This document shows, in pieces, positions 42,549-53,260 of a stretch of DNA of 64,000 nt. Numbering within the stretch: position 1 is the first letter of the stretch; each line of letters opens with the position of its first letter. A program made the translations under genes and the position numbers. This DNA comes from a virus. Taxonomy: Duplodnaviria > Caudoviricetes. The notes below the pieces were generated by a model that saw nothing but the letters and a program-made list of their open reading frames with translations, did not search any database and was not told where the DNA came from. The stretch lies in IMG/VR virus record IMGVR_UViG_3300035208_002115; one strand, given 5' to 3'.

Positions 42549-42803
42549 ATGTTAGACAAGAAAGTAAAGTCCATATTAAAATTCTACTCTGAACAACAAG
42601 ATTTAAAAAAATCTTACGAAAGTTATATCGAAACTCTCAAAAGACGGGTTAAACAGGAAGAAGATATTAATAAGATTACAGATGACCACAATAAACTTCT
42701 TAAAGCTAAAATAGAACGTTTAGAAGCTACAATTAATAATTTGAATACCCAATTAAAGATGAAAAGTAATCGTGGTTTTTTTTCAAGATTATTAAACCTA
42801 TAA
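42549..42803 (+). CDS. Coiled-coil protein
   Basis: Heptad pattern; ends RGFFSRLLNL; TATATTTG at 42532. Confidence 0.65.
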   Translation: MLDKKVKSILKFYSEQQDLKKSYESYIETLKRRVKQEEDINKITDDHNKLLKAKIERLEATINNLNTQLKMKSNRGFFSRLLNL

Positions 42804-42812
42804 AAATTATAA

Positions 42813-43160
42813 ATGTTTCATACACCACCTAATAATTTACCCCTATCTCTGCGTGTAGCTGCCCAAACAATTGAATTGGATTATATACAAATTACACCAA
42901 CAACCGTTAAACAAAAATTATACTGGTTTATTATATTCAGACCAATAATATATAAAAAAGAACACAATTTAGTTATTGATTTTACACCATCGCAACATTT
43001 TGAAGAATTCTCAGTTAATAAAACCTCGGATATATTAAACAAAAAAATAAGATTAGCATTACAAAAAAATAAGAACGCTGTTTTTTATGTATATTTAATA
43101 TTTGATATTCAACATTATCCATTTTTTTCCATTATAAAAATGGATTACCAAATTAAATAA
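42813..43160 (+). CDS. Hypothetical protein with capsid-protein-like segment
   Basis: LPLSLRVAAQTIELDYIQITP. Confidence 0.45.
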   Translation: MFHTPPNNLPLSLRVAAQTIELDYIQITPTTVKQKLYWFIIFRPIIYKKEHNLVIDFTPSQHFEEFSVNKTSDILNKKIRLALQKNKNAVFYVYLIFDIQHYPFFSIIKMDYQIK

Positions 43161-43203
43161 ACGACACTTTTTTTATATATAAGTAAAAAATATGTTGGTT
43201 TAA

Positions 43204-43650
43204 ATGGGTAAATATGTAAAAGGAAAACAATTCGAGAATAATTCCATAACTTCAAATTTATTTAATTTAACTACTCCGAACTCTGGAGAGACTTTATCTG
43301 GGGCAACTAAAGAATATGCTGATGCGTATGGTTCGGGTAGTATTTTTACTCACAATATAGCAAATTTTGATATGTCATCTACTACTACAACGGAAGATGG
43401 TCAATTAGCATGTGATATACCTTTATTATCTGCGCCAAAAAGTCTTGTAAGAGTTATTATTAATGGATTAGAAATTCAGGTAGGTGTAGGTAAAGAATGT
43501 TATTTTTCTGGTGATAATGGTGTTACAGCCCGTGAAAATGGAGAAGAAACTATTGGAGATTATTTATACTGGAATGGTAGTATTGCAGGTTATGAATTAA
43601 GTGTTTCTGATGATGATGAAATAGATTTTGTATATTTGATAGATAAATAA
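43204..43650 (+). CDS. Putative virion structural protein, paralog 1 of 3
   Basis: KGKQ.ENNSIT...LACD...NGL...FSGDNG...GD.LYW...GY.L...IDF.YL shared with 43667 and 45071. Confidence 0.6.
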   Translation: MGKYVKGKQFENNSITSNLFNLTTPNSGETLSGATKEYADAYGSGSIFTHNIANFDMSSTTTTEDGQLACDIPLLSAPKSLVRVIINGLEIQVGVGKECYFSGDNGVTARENGEETIGDYLYWNGSIAGYELSVSDDDEIDFVYLIDK

Positions 43651-43666
43651 AAAATAATTTATATTT

Positions 43667-44170
43667 GTGTTTAAGGGTAAACAATTAGAAAACGAGAGTA
43701 TAACGCAAAACAAGTTGAATCTTGAAACAGTATCAACATCGACTGCGTTGGCTACTGTTGAATATGTAAATATAAGTGGTGGTACAAAAAGTTCTTGGTC
43801 ACTTAAAAATTATAATATGTCAGCATCGGTAACACATTATGATAGTGATTTAGCATGTAATACGGAAATTGCTGATGTACCAATATCAACAGTAATTGTC
43901 ACCTTAAATGGTTTAGTATTAAATGTTGATAGTGGTGCAACGGCAGATGCATATTTCTCAGGTAATAGTGGTGCAACGGCAAGGGGGAAAGGTGAAGAAC
44001 AACAAGGTGATTTATTATATTGGAAATATAATAACACTGGTTATCATTTAGAAAATACCGATATCATAGATTTTATTTATTTAACAAAATATAATCAACA
44101 AACGAGTTTAAGTCTGGTTTTCCAGACTGACCAATCAACGAATAAAACAGTGACGTTGACATTAAAATAA
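43667..44170 (+). CDS. Putative virion structural protein, paralog 2, with C-terminal extension
   Basis: Same motif set; extra ~29 aa after IDFIYL. Confidence 0.6.
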   Translation: MFKGKQLENESITQNKLNLETVSTSTALATVEYVNISGGTKSSWSLKNYNMSASVTHYDSDLACNTEIADVPISTVIVTLNGLVLNVDSGATADAYFSGNSGATARGKGEEQQGDLLYWKYNNTGYHLENTDIIDFIYLTKYNQQTSLSLVFQTDQSTNKTVTLTLK

Positions 44171-44180
44171 TTTAACATGG

Positions 44181-44843
44181 ATGGCTATTAATATTAACTG
44201 GGGTGATTCGACTAATACTGGTACAACATTAAATGGTACAAATTATTTTTATTTATCAAAAACTTATTCTGGTAATTCAACTTATAGCATAACATTAACT
44301 GGGAGTGATTTAACTATGATTAAAGAACTCTCTCTTAGTGGTTCAAACTTAATATCTTGTCCCGATTTTTCAGATATTAGATATGATATAGTTATATTAA
44401 ATTTAGATAATAATTTATTAACTACATTTCCAACGGTTAATTCTAAATTAAGAAATATATATTTGAATAACAATATATTATCTACATCAGCCATTTTAAA
44501 ATTGACTTCTTCAAACTTAGAAATAATAGAAATGACGGAGAATTCTCTTACAGGGAATATACCAGCACCATCGGCATATATAATAGCCTATAATATGTCT
44601 GTAAATTCATTCACTGGTTATACACAAAGGGGGTCAAACTTTAGTGCTTATATACAGGCTTTCAATGATAATAATTTATCATCAACTGAAGTGAATAAAG
44701 TTTTATCTGATAATCAGAATTATAATATATCTGAATCAGGTGTTATAGATTTAACTGGAGCAAACATGGGTGCGCCAAATGGTCAAGGAATAACAGATAA
44801 AGCCAGTTTAATTGCGAGGGGATTTACAATAGTATCAAATTAA
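44181..44843 (+). CDS. Leucine-rich-repeat protein with N-terminal INWGD (PKD-like) segment
   Basis: LSLSGSNL, LNLDNNLL, IYLNNNIL, NNLS repeats. Confidence 0.7.
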   Translation: MAININWGDSTNTGTTLNGTNYFYLSKTYSGNSTYSITLTGSDLTMIKELSLSGSNLISCPDFSDIRYDIVILNLDNNLLTTFPTVNSKLRNIYLNNNILSTSAILKLTSSNLEIIEMTENSLTGNIPAPSAYIIAYNMSVNSFTGYTQRGSNFSAYIQAFNDNNLSSTEVNKVLSDNQNYNISESGVIDLTGANMGAPNGQGITDKASLIARGFTIVSN

Positions 44844-44856
44844 TAATATATAGAAT

Positions 44857-45078
44857 ATGATAACAATAAAAAATATATTAGTACATCAACTGTGGACATT
44901 AGTTTATGAAGAAAAAACTAAGATAATACATTTAAAAGAATATTTTGAATATAATAATTTAGGTACTAAACATAAGGTTATGTTTTTTGATAATGAAGAA
45001 GAAATGAATGAGAAAATAAAAGAATTAAATCTTATCACATTAAATGAATATTTAAAATTAAACAGATACAATGTCTAA
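44857..45078 (+). CDS. Small hypothetical protein
   Basis: ORF within the same operon. Confidence 0.55.
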   Translation: MITIKNILVHQLWTLVYEEKTKIIHLKEYFEYNNLGTKHKVMFFDNEEEMNEKIKELNLITLNEYLKLNRYNV

Positions 45079-45499
45079 AATTAAAGCTAAACAGGTTGAA
45101 AATAATTCAATAACACAAAATAAAATATTTTTATCTATTCCAATTTCATCAACTTCACCAGCATCTGTTGATTATGTTAAGTCAATTAGTGGTAATACAC
45201 TTAAATATTCAATTGTAAATTTGGATATGGTTGCTTTAATAACAGACACAGATGGTGACTTAGCTTGTGACACCGCCATTTTAAATGTTCCTATAAGTGT
45301 TGTAACAGTGAATGTTAATGGATTATTGGTAAATGTTGGTAGTGGAACAACGGCTTCTTGTTTTTTTTCAGGTGATAATGGTTCTACTAAACGTAACATA
45401 GGAGATGAACAACAAGGTGATAAATTATATTGGGTCGGGTCAGTATCTGGATATGAATTAGCCAGTGATGATATAATAGATTTTATTTATTTAAAATAA
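45071..45499 (+). CDS. Putative virion structural protein, paralog 3
   Basis: Same motif set as 43204 and 43667. Confidence 0.6.
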   Translation: MSKIKAKQVENNSITQNKIFLSIPISSTSPASVDYVKSISGNTLKYSIVNLDMVALITDTDGDLACDTAILNVPISVVTVNVNGLLVNVGSGTTASCFFSGDNGSTKRNIGDEQQGDKLYWVGSVSGYELASDDIIDFIYLK

Positions 45500-45521
45500 A
45501 ATGTCACTTATATTTACTTTT

Positions 45522-45896
45522 TTATTCTTTGCTCCAAATACCTTTTTGAATTGCAACCTCTTTTAATGTAGTTTTGAACTCATATCCTCGGATAGGTTTT
45601 CTAACATGCTCATCAAATATACTATTACCATCCAAATCTTTTACACTTAATGCTGATAAAGCTATAATAACACTATCTGGTTTTTCTTCTCTAATTTTTT
45701 TTGTTGCTTTCCAACCATCTACATCTGGCATCATAATATCCATAATTATAATATCATAATCTTTTTCTAATGCCATATCAATTCCTTCTTGTCCAGATTT
45801 TGCACAAACAATAGTAAAGTCGTTATTATATTTAAAAATGTCACATACTAATCCTCGAAATACTGCATCGTCATCAACGTATAATACATTAATCAT
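45522..45896 (-). CDS. Stand-alone response regulator receiver (CheY-like)
   Basis: VDDD, MDIMMP.VDG, ALSA, KP. Confidence 0.92.
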   Translation of the reverse strand: MINVLYVDDDAVFRGLVCDIFKYNNDFTIVCAKSGQEGIDMALEKDYDIIIMDIMMPDVDGWKATKKIREEKPDSVIIALSALSVKDLDGNSIFDEHVRKPIRGYEFKTTLKEVAIQKGIWSKE

Positions 45897-45970
45897 TTTA
45901 TATTTTTATTTTTATACCCACTATTTATAACGGTGCAAAAAGCATTCCATTGTACGCCTATATATTAATT

Positions 45971-48130
45971 TTATTTTAGTAAATCATTCATAGTATTTAT
46001 ACACTCAATCTTAGTTTTAAACCAAAATATTTTATTACTATCATCAACTAAAACAAAACCACTTTTTCTAATGGTGTATTCGGAAGTTACTGCAAAATAC
46101 TTATTAATATTTAAATAAATTCCATTCTTAACGTCCTCATTAAATTTCTTAGTTTGAACTTCATTAAATTTTACAACCGACATTATTTTCATGATTCTTT
46201 AAATATTTTTTTCAATTTTTCTTTTCTTATTAACCTTTTAATTTCATTTAAATAAATATCAATATCGCTTGTGTGGAGTGTCAAAAACCCATAAAAAGTT
46301 AAACTGGGAATATCCTCATTTTCATTTATATACATAATATAAGCTTTTATATATAAATATATATCACCATCTATACCAGAATTTATGAAAGAATTTTTAT
46401 AGTAATTCATTAATTCATCGGAAATGCTCTTTAAATATAATAAGTTTGTTATTGGGTCTCGGAGAATTTCCATATCTCAGTTATTTTTTTCTTCCTCTCA
46501 TAATTTTTAAACTTCTGAATGTATATATTTAGTTTTTCAGATATTAAAAAACCGTAAAAGGTATAATTAAGTTGTTCAAATGCATTTTTCCATTTATAAT
46601 ATTGGTAAGCTTCAACTGATAATACAAAATCTGATTCACTATCAATTAATGAGGTCGTATTATTTTGTTCAATAAAATCAATGAATTCATAACGATATTT
46701 AGCATATTCTATATAATCCAGATTCATAATTCATTATTAAATATTTCTTTTAATTTCGATTTACGTAATGACATATTAGCTTTATTGATATCATCTTGTG
46801 ACATAATAGACTCCACATACTTGCTAAATGATGCTGCATCAACTGAACATCTATCTAAATAGATAAAATATGCAGTTTTATAAAGTTCAAAATTATTATA
46901 ATATTTTTTTAAATCAAGATTATCCATCTAAAATTTGTTCTATTTTAGCTTTTCGAATTAAAAGGTTAGCCTGTTGTAAATAAGGAGACTTGTTTTTTGA
47001 TGTAATAAATCCATAAAAAGAATATCGTCCTGTATCTTTTGCTTTTTCAAAATAAATATCATAAGCAATACGATATATATGATATTGGTCTTTATCATCA
47101 CTGATTCTATCAAAAAAATACTGACGTTCCTCTTTTACAACAACCGCCTTAGAATTTATATATTCGTTTGAATTTTCATCTTTTAAATATCGATAACTAA
47201 AAAGACTATATTGGACACCATTAGTCAATTTCATAATTTTTCCAATTTTTCATTTAACATTTTAATAAATTCTTTTCGATTAATATTAAAAATTGGTTCA
47301 TCATTTATCGTGAAAACGTATCCAATTTTCCTTGGAGTTAAATTTTTTGTTAACATCACATATTTATCCATCATGACATGTTTTCTTCTTTTATCTAAAC
47401 GATGTTTATGATACAACTCTATGTTTCCATTATTAAATTCGGAAACATGTGCGATTGTTATGTTTAATATTTTAGGTTTTCTTTTTGACATTGTTATTGT
47501 CAATTTTTTTATTTAAAAATTTAATCTATCATCATTTTTTCTAATTTTAACTTCCGAAGGATTTTCTTCGCTTCATCAAAAATATCTTTAAAATGAACTT
47601 TCATAGTATTAAAATAATCAGGTTTTAATGCAGTTGAGAAAAAAACTAAACTATTATTATATCTAATGAGATATTTTTTATAAGCATACTGGTTTATAAA
47701 TGATTCATCATCATAATAAAAAATATCAACCAATATACCATCGATATATAAAGCAATATTTTTATTTTCTTTTGCCAAGGACTTCAGTTTTTACTCTAAT
47801 CATTTCTTGGCGATTATGTTCATCTATTAAAGCTTGTTCTTGCATGTGGATTTCAAATTGTGTGTCGGACATATTTAATAAATCTAATATATCTTTACTA
47901 TAATTTTTTAAACATTCCATATAACCAATTTGGTGTTGATAATTTGTAAGGGCATCTAATTTATAATCTTTGTTTTCACAAATAGTATCGTCTGAAAATT
48001 TAACCCCTGTACAATCATTTGGAAGCTTAACATAATAACCCATTTCCTTTTGACAATTTGCTATATGTTTTTCAGCATATGAGATATTATTTTTTAATTC
48101 TTTCTTTAGATGAATAATACTTTTTGACAT
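45971..48130 (-). CDS. Operon of eight small genes, five with the C-terminal tail (46189, 46449, 46724, 46920, 47521)
   Basis: IRKEKLKKIF, ERKKKITEIW, LRKSKLKEIF, IRKAKIEQIL, LRKLKLEKMM; shared AYxxY core. Confidence 0.7.
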
Positions 48131-48148
48131 AATATTATAATTTATTTT

Positions 48149-48832
48149 TTACGTGATGCACGGTGATAATTTATCCCACATCCCCTTTAAAGCAAAAACA
48201 TCACCTTCACAATATTTAACTATTTTTTGAATATTGTCCTCAATCCAATATGTATAGTGAACTTTATCTCCTGATAATTCACCCTTTGGTGATGGTAAAT
48301 CAAGTTCATAAGTTACTTCATCCAATGAACTCCAATATCGACCAGTGGTTTTCCACGCATCAGATAAGTCTAAAACACCAGTTGTCCAAGGTTTTTTATC
48401 AAACAATTGAATATTATATGGAATTCTTAAACCATATTTAATCATTTTTTTATTTATCCAAGGTAAATCGAATAATATAATATTGTAACCACATGGTACA
48501 AAACCAGCTTTACCAGATTTTAGAAATATCTTCTGAACATTTTCTAATATTATCTTTTCGTCCCCAGTGTATGATTGTACTACCCATTTATCGGTTTCGT
48601 CAGTATACCCCAAACTTACACACACTATCTTACCATATTCTGGTATAAGTGGTGACATTCTAAGATATAAATCCTCAATTGTTTCACTACCCCAGCGTTC
48701 TTTATCACCAGAATTTTTAAACTTTTTTTCCAATAATTTAAAAAGTCTTTCATCAGATTTTTTCAACTCATCCGCATCCTGAAATTTTCCGACTGTTTCA
48801 ATATCGAAGAAAAGTAGTTTATTATAATTCAT
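48149..48832 (-). CDS. PolB-type 3'-5' exonuclease (stand-alone)
   Basis: FFDIET, GYNIILFDLP, YCEGDV. Confidence 0.88.
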   Translation of the reverse strand: MNYNKLLFFDIETVGKFQDADELKKSDERLFKLLEKKFKNSGDKERWGSETIEDLYLRMSPLIPEYGKIVCVSLGYTDETDKWVVQSYTGDEKIILENVQKIFLKSGKAGFVPCGYNIILFDLPWINKKMIKYGLRIPYNIQLFDKKPWTTGVLDLSDAWKTTGRYWSSLDEVTYELDLPSPKGELSGDKVHYTYWIEDNIQKIVKYCEGDVFALKGMWDKLSPCIT

Positions 48833-48879
48833 GATGATATAATCTTTTAAATATAGATAGTTAAAACCATATAAAAAGT

Positions 48880-50210
48880 TTAAAAATAGTATGGGTGAGA
48901 ATTAGTTTCTTTAACCTTTTCCAATTTTCCAATTTTAGAATCAATTTCTTCCAATTGCTTTTTATAGAAATTGAATTTATCACGATTTCCAAATTTAAGA
49001 GAATATTCCAAATTTTTAAGAATCGAAGCTCGTCTTTCTGTTAATAAATTTAAATCTTTCATTTTTAATCGTTTAGAATTTCTTGGATTTTTAATCTCCT
49101 TAATTTAACATTATTCATTGTAAAAACCAATGCGTTGTATGAAAAATGTTGACTTGGTTTTGTTATTTGTATAAGTTTATCTATTTCTTCTCTGTATACA
49201 ATTTCATCATTATTATTAAAACCATGAGTATATCTCATACCTGATTTTTCATCAATAAATATAAATGGTATTAAACAATCAATAATTTCTGATGAAAAAA
49301 CTTTTTCATTAATATAAATAAGATGGTCTTTCATTCTTTCCATTAATAATGTTATATTATCACCCCATGAAAATTTATTATGATGAAAAGAATAAAATGT
49401 GAAATTATTTATTTTAGTTTCTTTTAAATATATCGGAATACCGTAATATTCCATAATTGCTGTTCTTCTTTGTGAGTCAGTTGCATAGAAACCCAATTTT
49501 TTATAAACATAGTTATCTAAACCATATTCAAATAGTGTTTTTTTAATAGTACTCATAAATCAAGAATTTCTTTAATTTTTTCCAGCCGTGCTAAATTAAT
49601 AGGTAATGAATTCAAAAAATCTTCATTAGCTTTTTTATTTGCATCAAGATATTTTTGTTTTTTAATATCACTGAAATACTTTTTGAGAATGATATAATAA
49701 CCAGTTCGTAAATCTTTATTAAACCAAAAATTGAATATGGATAAAAAATGAAATTGTACCCCGATATTTTTACTTACAACTTGTACCTTTCCAAAAATAT
49801 TTCTTTTATGAATCTTAATGACAACCATCGGATATTCAACCATAAGATAATTATAATAAAAAGAATATCCATCACCACTTTGGTATTTATGTTCATATTG
49901 AGAAAAATCCTTATATAAGGATGCTATTAGAATTTTTCGATAAGTACTTTTAGTCTCTTTAGATGGTTTCATATGTTTACTTAATAAAAAGCAAATATAT
50001 GAAATTCCACCCAAAAATGACAATAATTTTTTAAGATAATAACAGTGGTATTCTATAACCTTTTTGGGTTTTTATTTCATTTAATTGTTCATCAGTTAAA
50101 TTATCAACATCCCACCCCTTTTTTATTGCATATTGAGATGCAAAGGTTTCTCTTAAAGCTTGTAAGTCTTCAGTTGTAAGACCCGTTTCTTTTATTAATT
50201 GTTCTTCCAT
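48880..50210 (-). CDS. Four hypothetical genes (48880-49062, 49065-49556, 49553-49972, 50031-50210)
   Basis: Two have tails (LRRLKIQEILND; ARLEKIKEILDL); 50031-50210 hand-translated (59 aa). Confidence 0.65.
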
Positions 50211-50274
50211 AAAAAAAAAATTATTTTTTACATTCGCATGTTTAATACTTACTTATATATTTATAAAAAGAATT

Positions 50275-50301
50275 CAACTTTTTCTTTTTTCAATGATATA
50301 A
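50275..50301 (+). promoter_or_regulatory. Putative middle promoter CAAC-N18-TATAA
   Basis: Upstream of the primase gene. Confidence 0.55.
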
Positions 50302-50316
50302 GGATAAAACATAAAA

Positions 50317-51483
50317 TTGATGGACGAATTAAAAACCTATACTCTCGATAAAAGTTATGTGAAAAATAAAATATCTAACATAATTGATAAAGCCCATCGA
50401 AATCCGCAGAAAAAAAATGTCAGGGAACACCACGACAGATTGAATTTTGCTTGTCCTGTTTGTGGGGATTCGGAAAAAATTGCATCCAAGAAAAGAGGAA
50501 ATCTTTATTTCAAGAATTTAATGTACAAATGTTTTAACTGCGGTTATCATGCATCTTTCGTGAAATTATGTGAAACATTCGATATAGAAATTGATATAGA
50601 AAAACGTCTGGAAATGTATGATTATATAGATAATAATACATTTTATAGAAAGGATGATGATTTTGTTCTCACCAAACTTGATAAATTGCTCCCTTTAACT
50701 GACGTGGTAGATTTTTACAACACACATCCAGAACACAAATTAACAAATGTTAGTCCAATTCAACAAGGTGGAGCAGTGTATCAATATCTTTTATTAAATA
50801 GAAACATCAAAAATGACCCAAATCTATATGAAGGAGTTTATCACTTTACTGAAAAATGGAAAGAGCCTGTTGTAATAATCCTTAATAAACACGAGAATTT
50901 ATTACTTGGGATGCAGTTAAGAAATTTAAAAGAAGAAAAAAATAAACGTTTTTATCACATCATCGAATTCAGTGAGATATACAATCTTTTACATCCTGAT
51001 AATATATTAGATGAATTTGAATCAATAGCTTATAATAAATTATCACATTTTATCAATGTATTAAACATTGATTTCAATGAGATAGTTACAATATTTGAGG
51101 GTTACTTCGATTCAATATTTTTTCCAAATAGTATTGGGGTGGTTGGTGTTAATACTGATATTTCTTTTTTATTAAAAGATGAAAATGTGAAAGTGAGAAT
51201 GTTTTATGATAATGATGATGATGGATATAAAAATTCCATTGTGATGTTAAAAGATGGTTATCAGGTATTTTTATGGAAACTATTATTCAAAACTATTTTA
51301 AAGAACAAACCCAATAAATATGAAGCTCAGAAACGTTTAAATAAAATAAAAGATTTGAATAAGTTGGCTATCGAAACTAAAAAATCACCATATGATTTAC
51401 TCAAACTTGAAAATTATTTTTCAAAAGATGTATTTGATATGATATATTTGGATGGAAAGAAAGAAATAATTAATTATTTATAA
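50317..51483 (+). CDS. DNA primase (T4 gp61-like)
   Basis: NFACPVCGDS..KRG..CFNCG zinc finger; TOPRIM FEGYFDS and YDND; KDLN. Confidence 0.88.
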   Translation: MMDELKTYTLDKSYVKNKISNIIDKAHRNPQKKNVREHHDRLNFACPVCGDSEKIASKKRGNLYFKNLMYKCFNCGYHASFVKLCETFDIEIDIEKRLEMYDYIDNNTFYRKDDDFVLTKLDKLLPLTDVVDFYNTHPEHKLTNVSPIQQGGAVYQYLLLNRNIKNDPNLYEGVYHFTEKWKEPVVIILNKHENLLLGMQLRNLKEEKNKRFYHIIEFSEIYNLLHPDNILDEFESIAYNKLSHFINVLNIDFNEIVTIFEGYFDSIFFPNSIGVVGVNTDISFLLKDENVKVRMFYDNDDDGYKNSIVMLKDGYQVFLWKLLFKTILKNKPNKYEAQKRLNKIKDLNKLAIETKKSPYDLLKLENYFSKDVFDMIYLDGKKEIINYL

Positions 51484-51739
51484 TAAACAATGGAAAATCA
51501 ACATGACATCGCACTATCAGTAGTAAAACATCATCTATTAAATAAGAATAGTTTTACATATTCCGAAATTCAACAAGAGGTATTAGAATGTGGCGGTATA
51601 TTACGAATTGGGATTAATTTCACTCTCGGTGAATATATCACAGAACTTGAAGAAGATAATTTAATTAAGTTTAATCCAGTGACCACAAAGTATGATGTTT
51701 ATTAAAAAATAACAATTGGTTATAAAATTAATACAAAAA

Positions 51740-52207
51740 ATGAAAGAATCGGTTATAAATATTGAAACAGTAATAACTGATGAAACAATCAAAGTTCATA
51801 CTGTATTATGCGCTGCCTTTTGTGGTACTGGTAAAACATACATTTGTGAAAAAACAGTTATTAATGCTGTTGAAATTGAATATTGGAAATATAAAGACGA
51901 AGGAAGACAAAAAGAATATGTTGAGGATATAAAAAAACACTTTGGTAAAGTTGATTATATTTTTATTGCTACTGACCCAGAAGGATTGAAACTTCTACAT
52001 GATGAAGGATTTGATATAACTATTATTTATCCTGAAAATGAATTAAGAAACGAATATCTCGACAGGTATATAGAAAGAGATAGTCCACATGATTTTATTG
52101 GAGTGTTTATGAAATATTGGAATCCTTGGATTAATGAACTAAAAGAACAAACATACTGTAAACATATTATTCTAAAAAGTGGTCAACACTTATGTGATGT
52201 TCTTTAA
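51740..52207 (+). CDS. P-loop kinase-like protein
   Basis: AAFCGTGKT; IYP...EYLDRY..R. Confidence 0.6.
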   Translation: MKESVINIETVITDETIKVHTVLCAAFCGTGKTYICEKTVINAVEIEYWKYKDEGRQKEYVEDIKKHFGKVDYIFIATDPEGLKLLHDEGFDITIIYPENELRNEYLDRYIERDSPHDFIGVFMKYWNPWINELKEQTYCKHIILKSGQHLCDVL

Positions 52208-52381
52208 AAATAAAATAATTATTATGTTTAAAACCAGAGTTAAATTTCGTGTCAGAGGTAAAGATGTATTACAAATAGGATATCTAATTAAGGATAAATC
52301 ATACGGTGGTTTCAAGGTTAAATCTTCTGACAATCTGACTGAATATGGAATTTGCATACTTGATATATTAGAAAGAATATA

Positions 52382-53260
52382 ATGGGGGAAAAATACGACA
52401 AAATTCTACAAAAAAAGAATAACGAATTAATTTATTATATTTTAGATTGGGATGATAATGTATTATACATGCCTACTAAAGTATTACTTGACAAAAAAGT
52501 CAACAATGAATGGATACCCAGAGATGTTTCAACATTTAAATTCCGAAATATAAAAGACCATGTTGATGCATGGCAATATAAAGAATACGGTGATGATGAT
52601 ACTCTTTATAAATGGAGATTCAGGGACGATGATATTGACATGGCCTTATCATATTTCAGAGATTATGGAAAAAGAGGTAGTTTACAGTTTTTATATGATG
52701 TAAAAAATGCAATCAAGAAAAAAGGATTTGCACCATCTTGGAGCATATTTATAGAAACATTGATTAATGGTCGTATATTTTTAATTTGTACAGCACGAGG
52801 CCATGAACCAGATAGTATACGAAGTGGTGTAGAATACATAATATTTAATTTTCTATCTGAGATGCAGAAAGAAAAGATGTTAGAAAATTTAATGGAGTGG
52901 GAAGATACTGACTGTAATTGTTTTAAAACATTAGTAAAAAATTATTTAGACCACTGTCTATTCATCGGTGTACAATCTGAATATTTTAAAGAAAAATACT
53001 CAGTTGATGGAAGAAATATTAAAGTAGAAGAATCCAAAAAAATAGCTATTATAAGTTTCATAGAATATCTCACAAAAGAATATTTACCTATGTACAATAA
53101 TCCGAAAGCTAAAGTTGGATTTTCAGATGATACAATATCGACACTCCTTAATATAGAAAAATTAATGAGGAACGAATTGTCCCTCATTTACCCTTTAGAT
53201 TTTTATGTTATTGATACGTCCGACCCAATGGTCGATGGTGGTATTAAACGTAAAGTTTAA
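52382..53260 (+). CDS. HAD-superfamily phosphatase-like protein
   Basis: LDWDDN (DxD), TARGH, conserved K, GFSDD. Confidence 0.7.
   Translation: MGEKYDKILQKKNNELIYYILDWDDNVLYMPTKVLLDKKVNNEWIPRDVSTFKFRNIKDHVDAWQYKEYGDDDTLYKWRFRDDDIDMALSYFRDYGKRGSLQFLYDVKNAIKKKGFAPSWSIFIETLINGRIFLICTARGHEPDSIRSGVEYIIFNFLSEMQKEKMLENLMEWEDTDCNCFKTLVKNYLDHCLFIGVQSEYFKEKYSVDGRNIKVEESKKIAIISFIEYLTKEYLPMYNNPKAKVGFSDDTISTLLNIEKLMRNELSLIYPLDFYVIDTSDPMVDGGIKRKV

Noticed and set aside
35314-50023. C-terminal tail as a mere by-product of A-rich (AAAATAAAA) translation signals for the next gene
   Set aside because: It may contribute, but the tail also occurs where the next start is 60-80 nt away (2561, 26879, 40572), and the Arg is kept with GC-rich synonymous codons.
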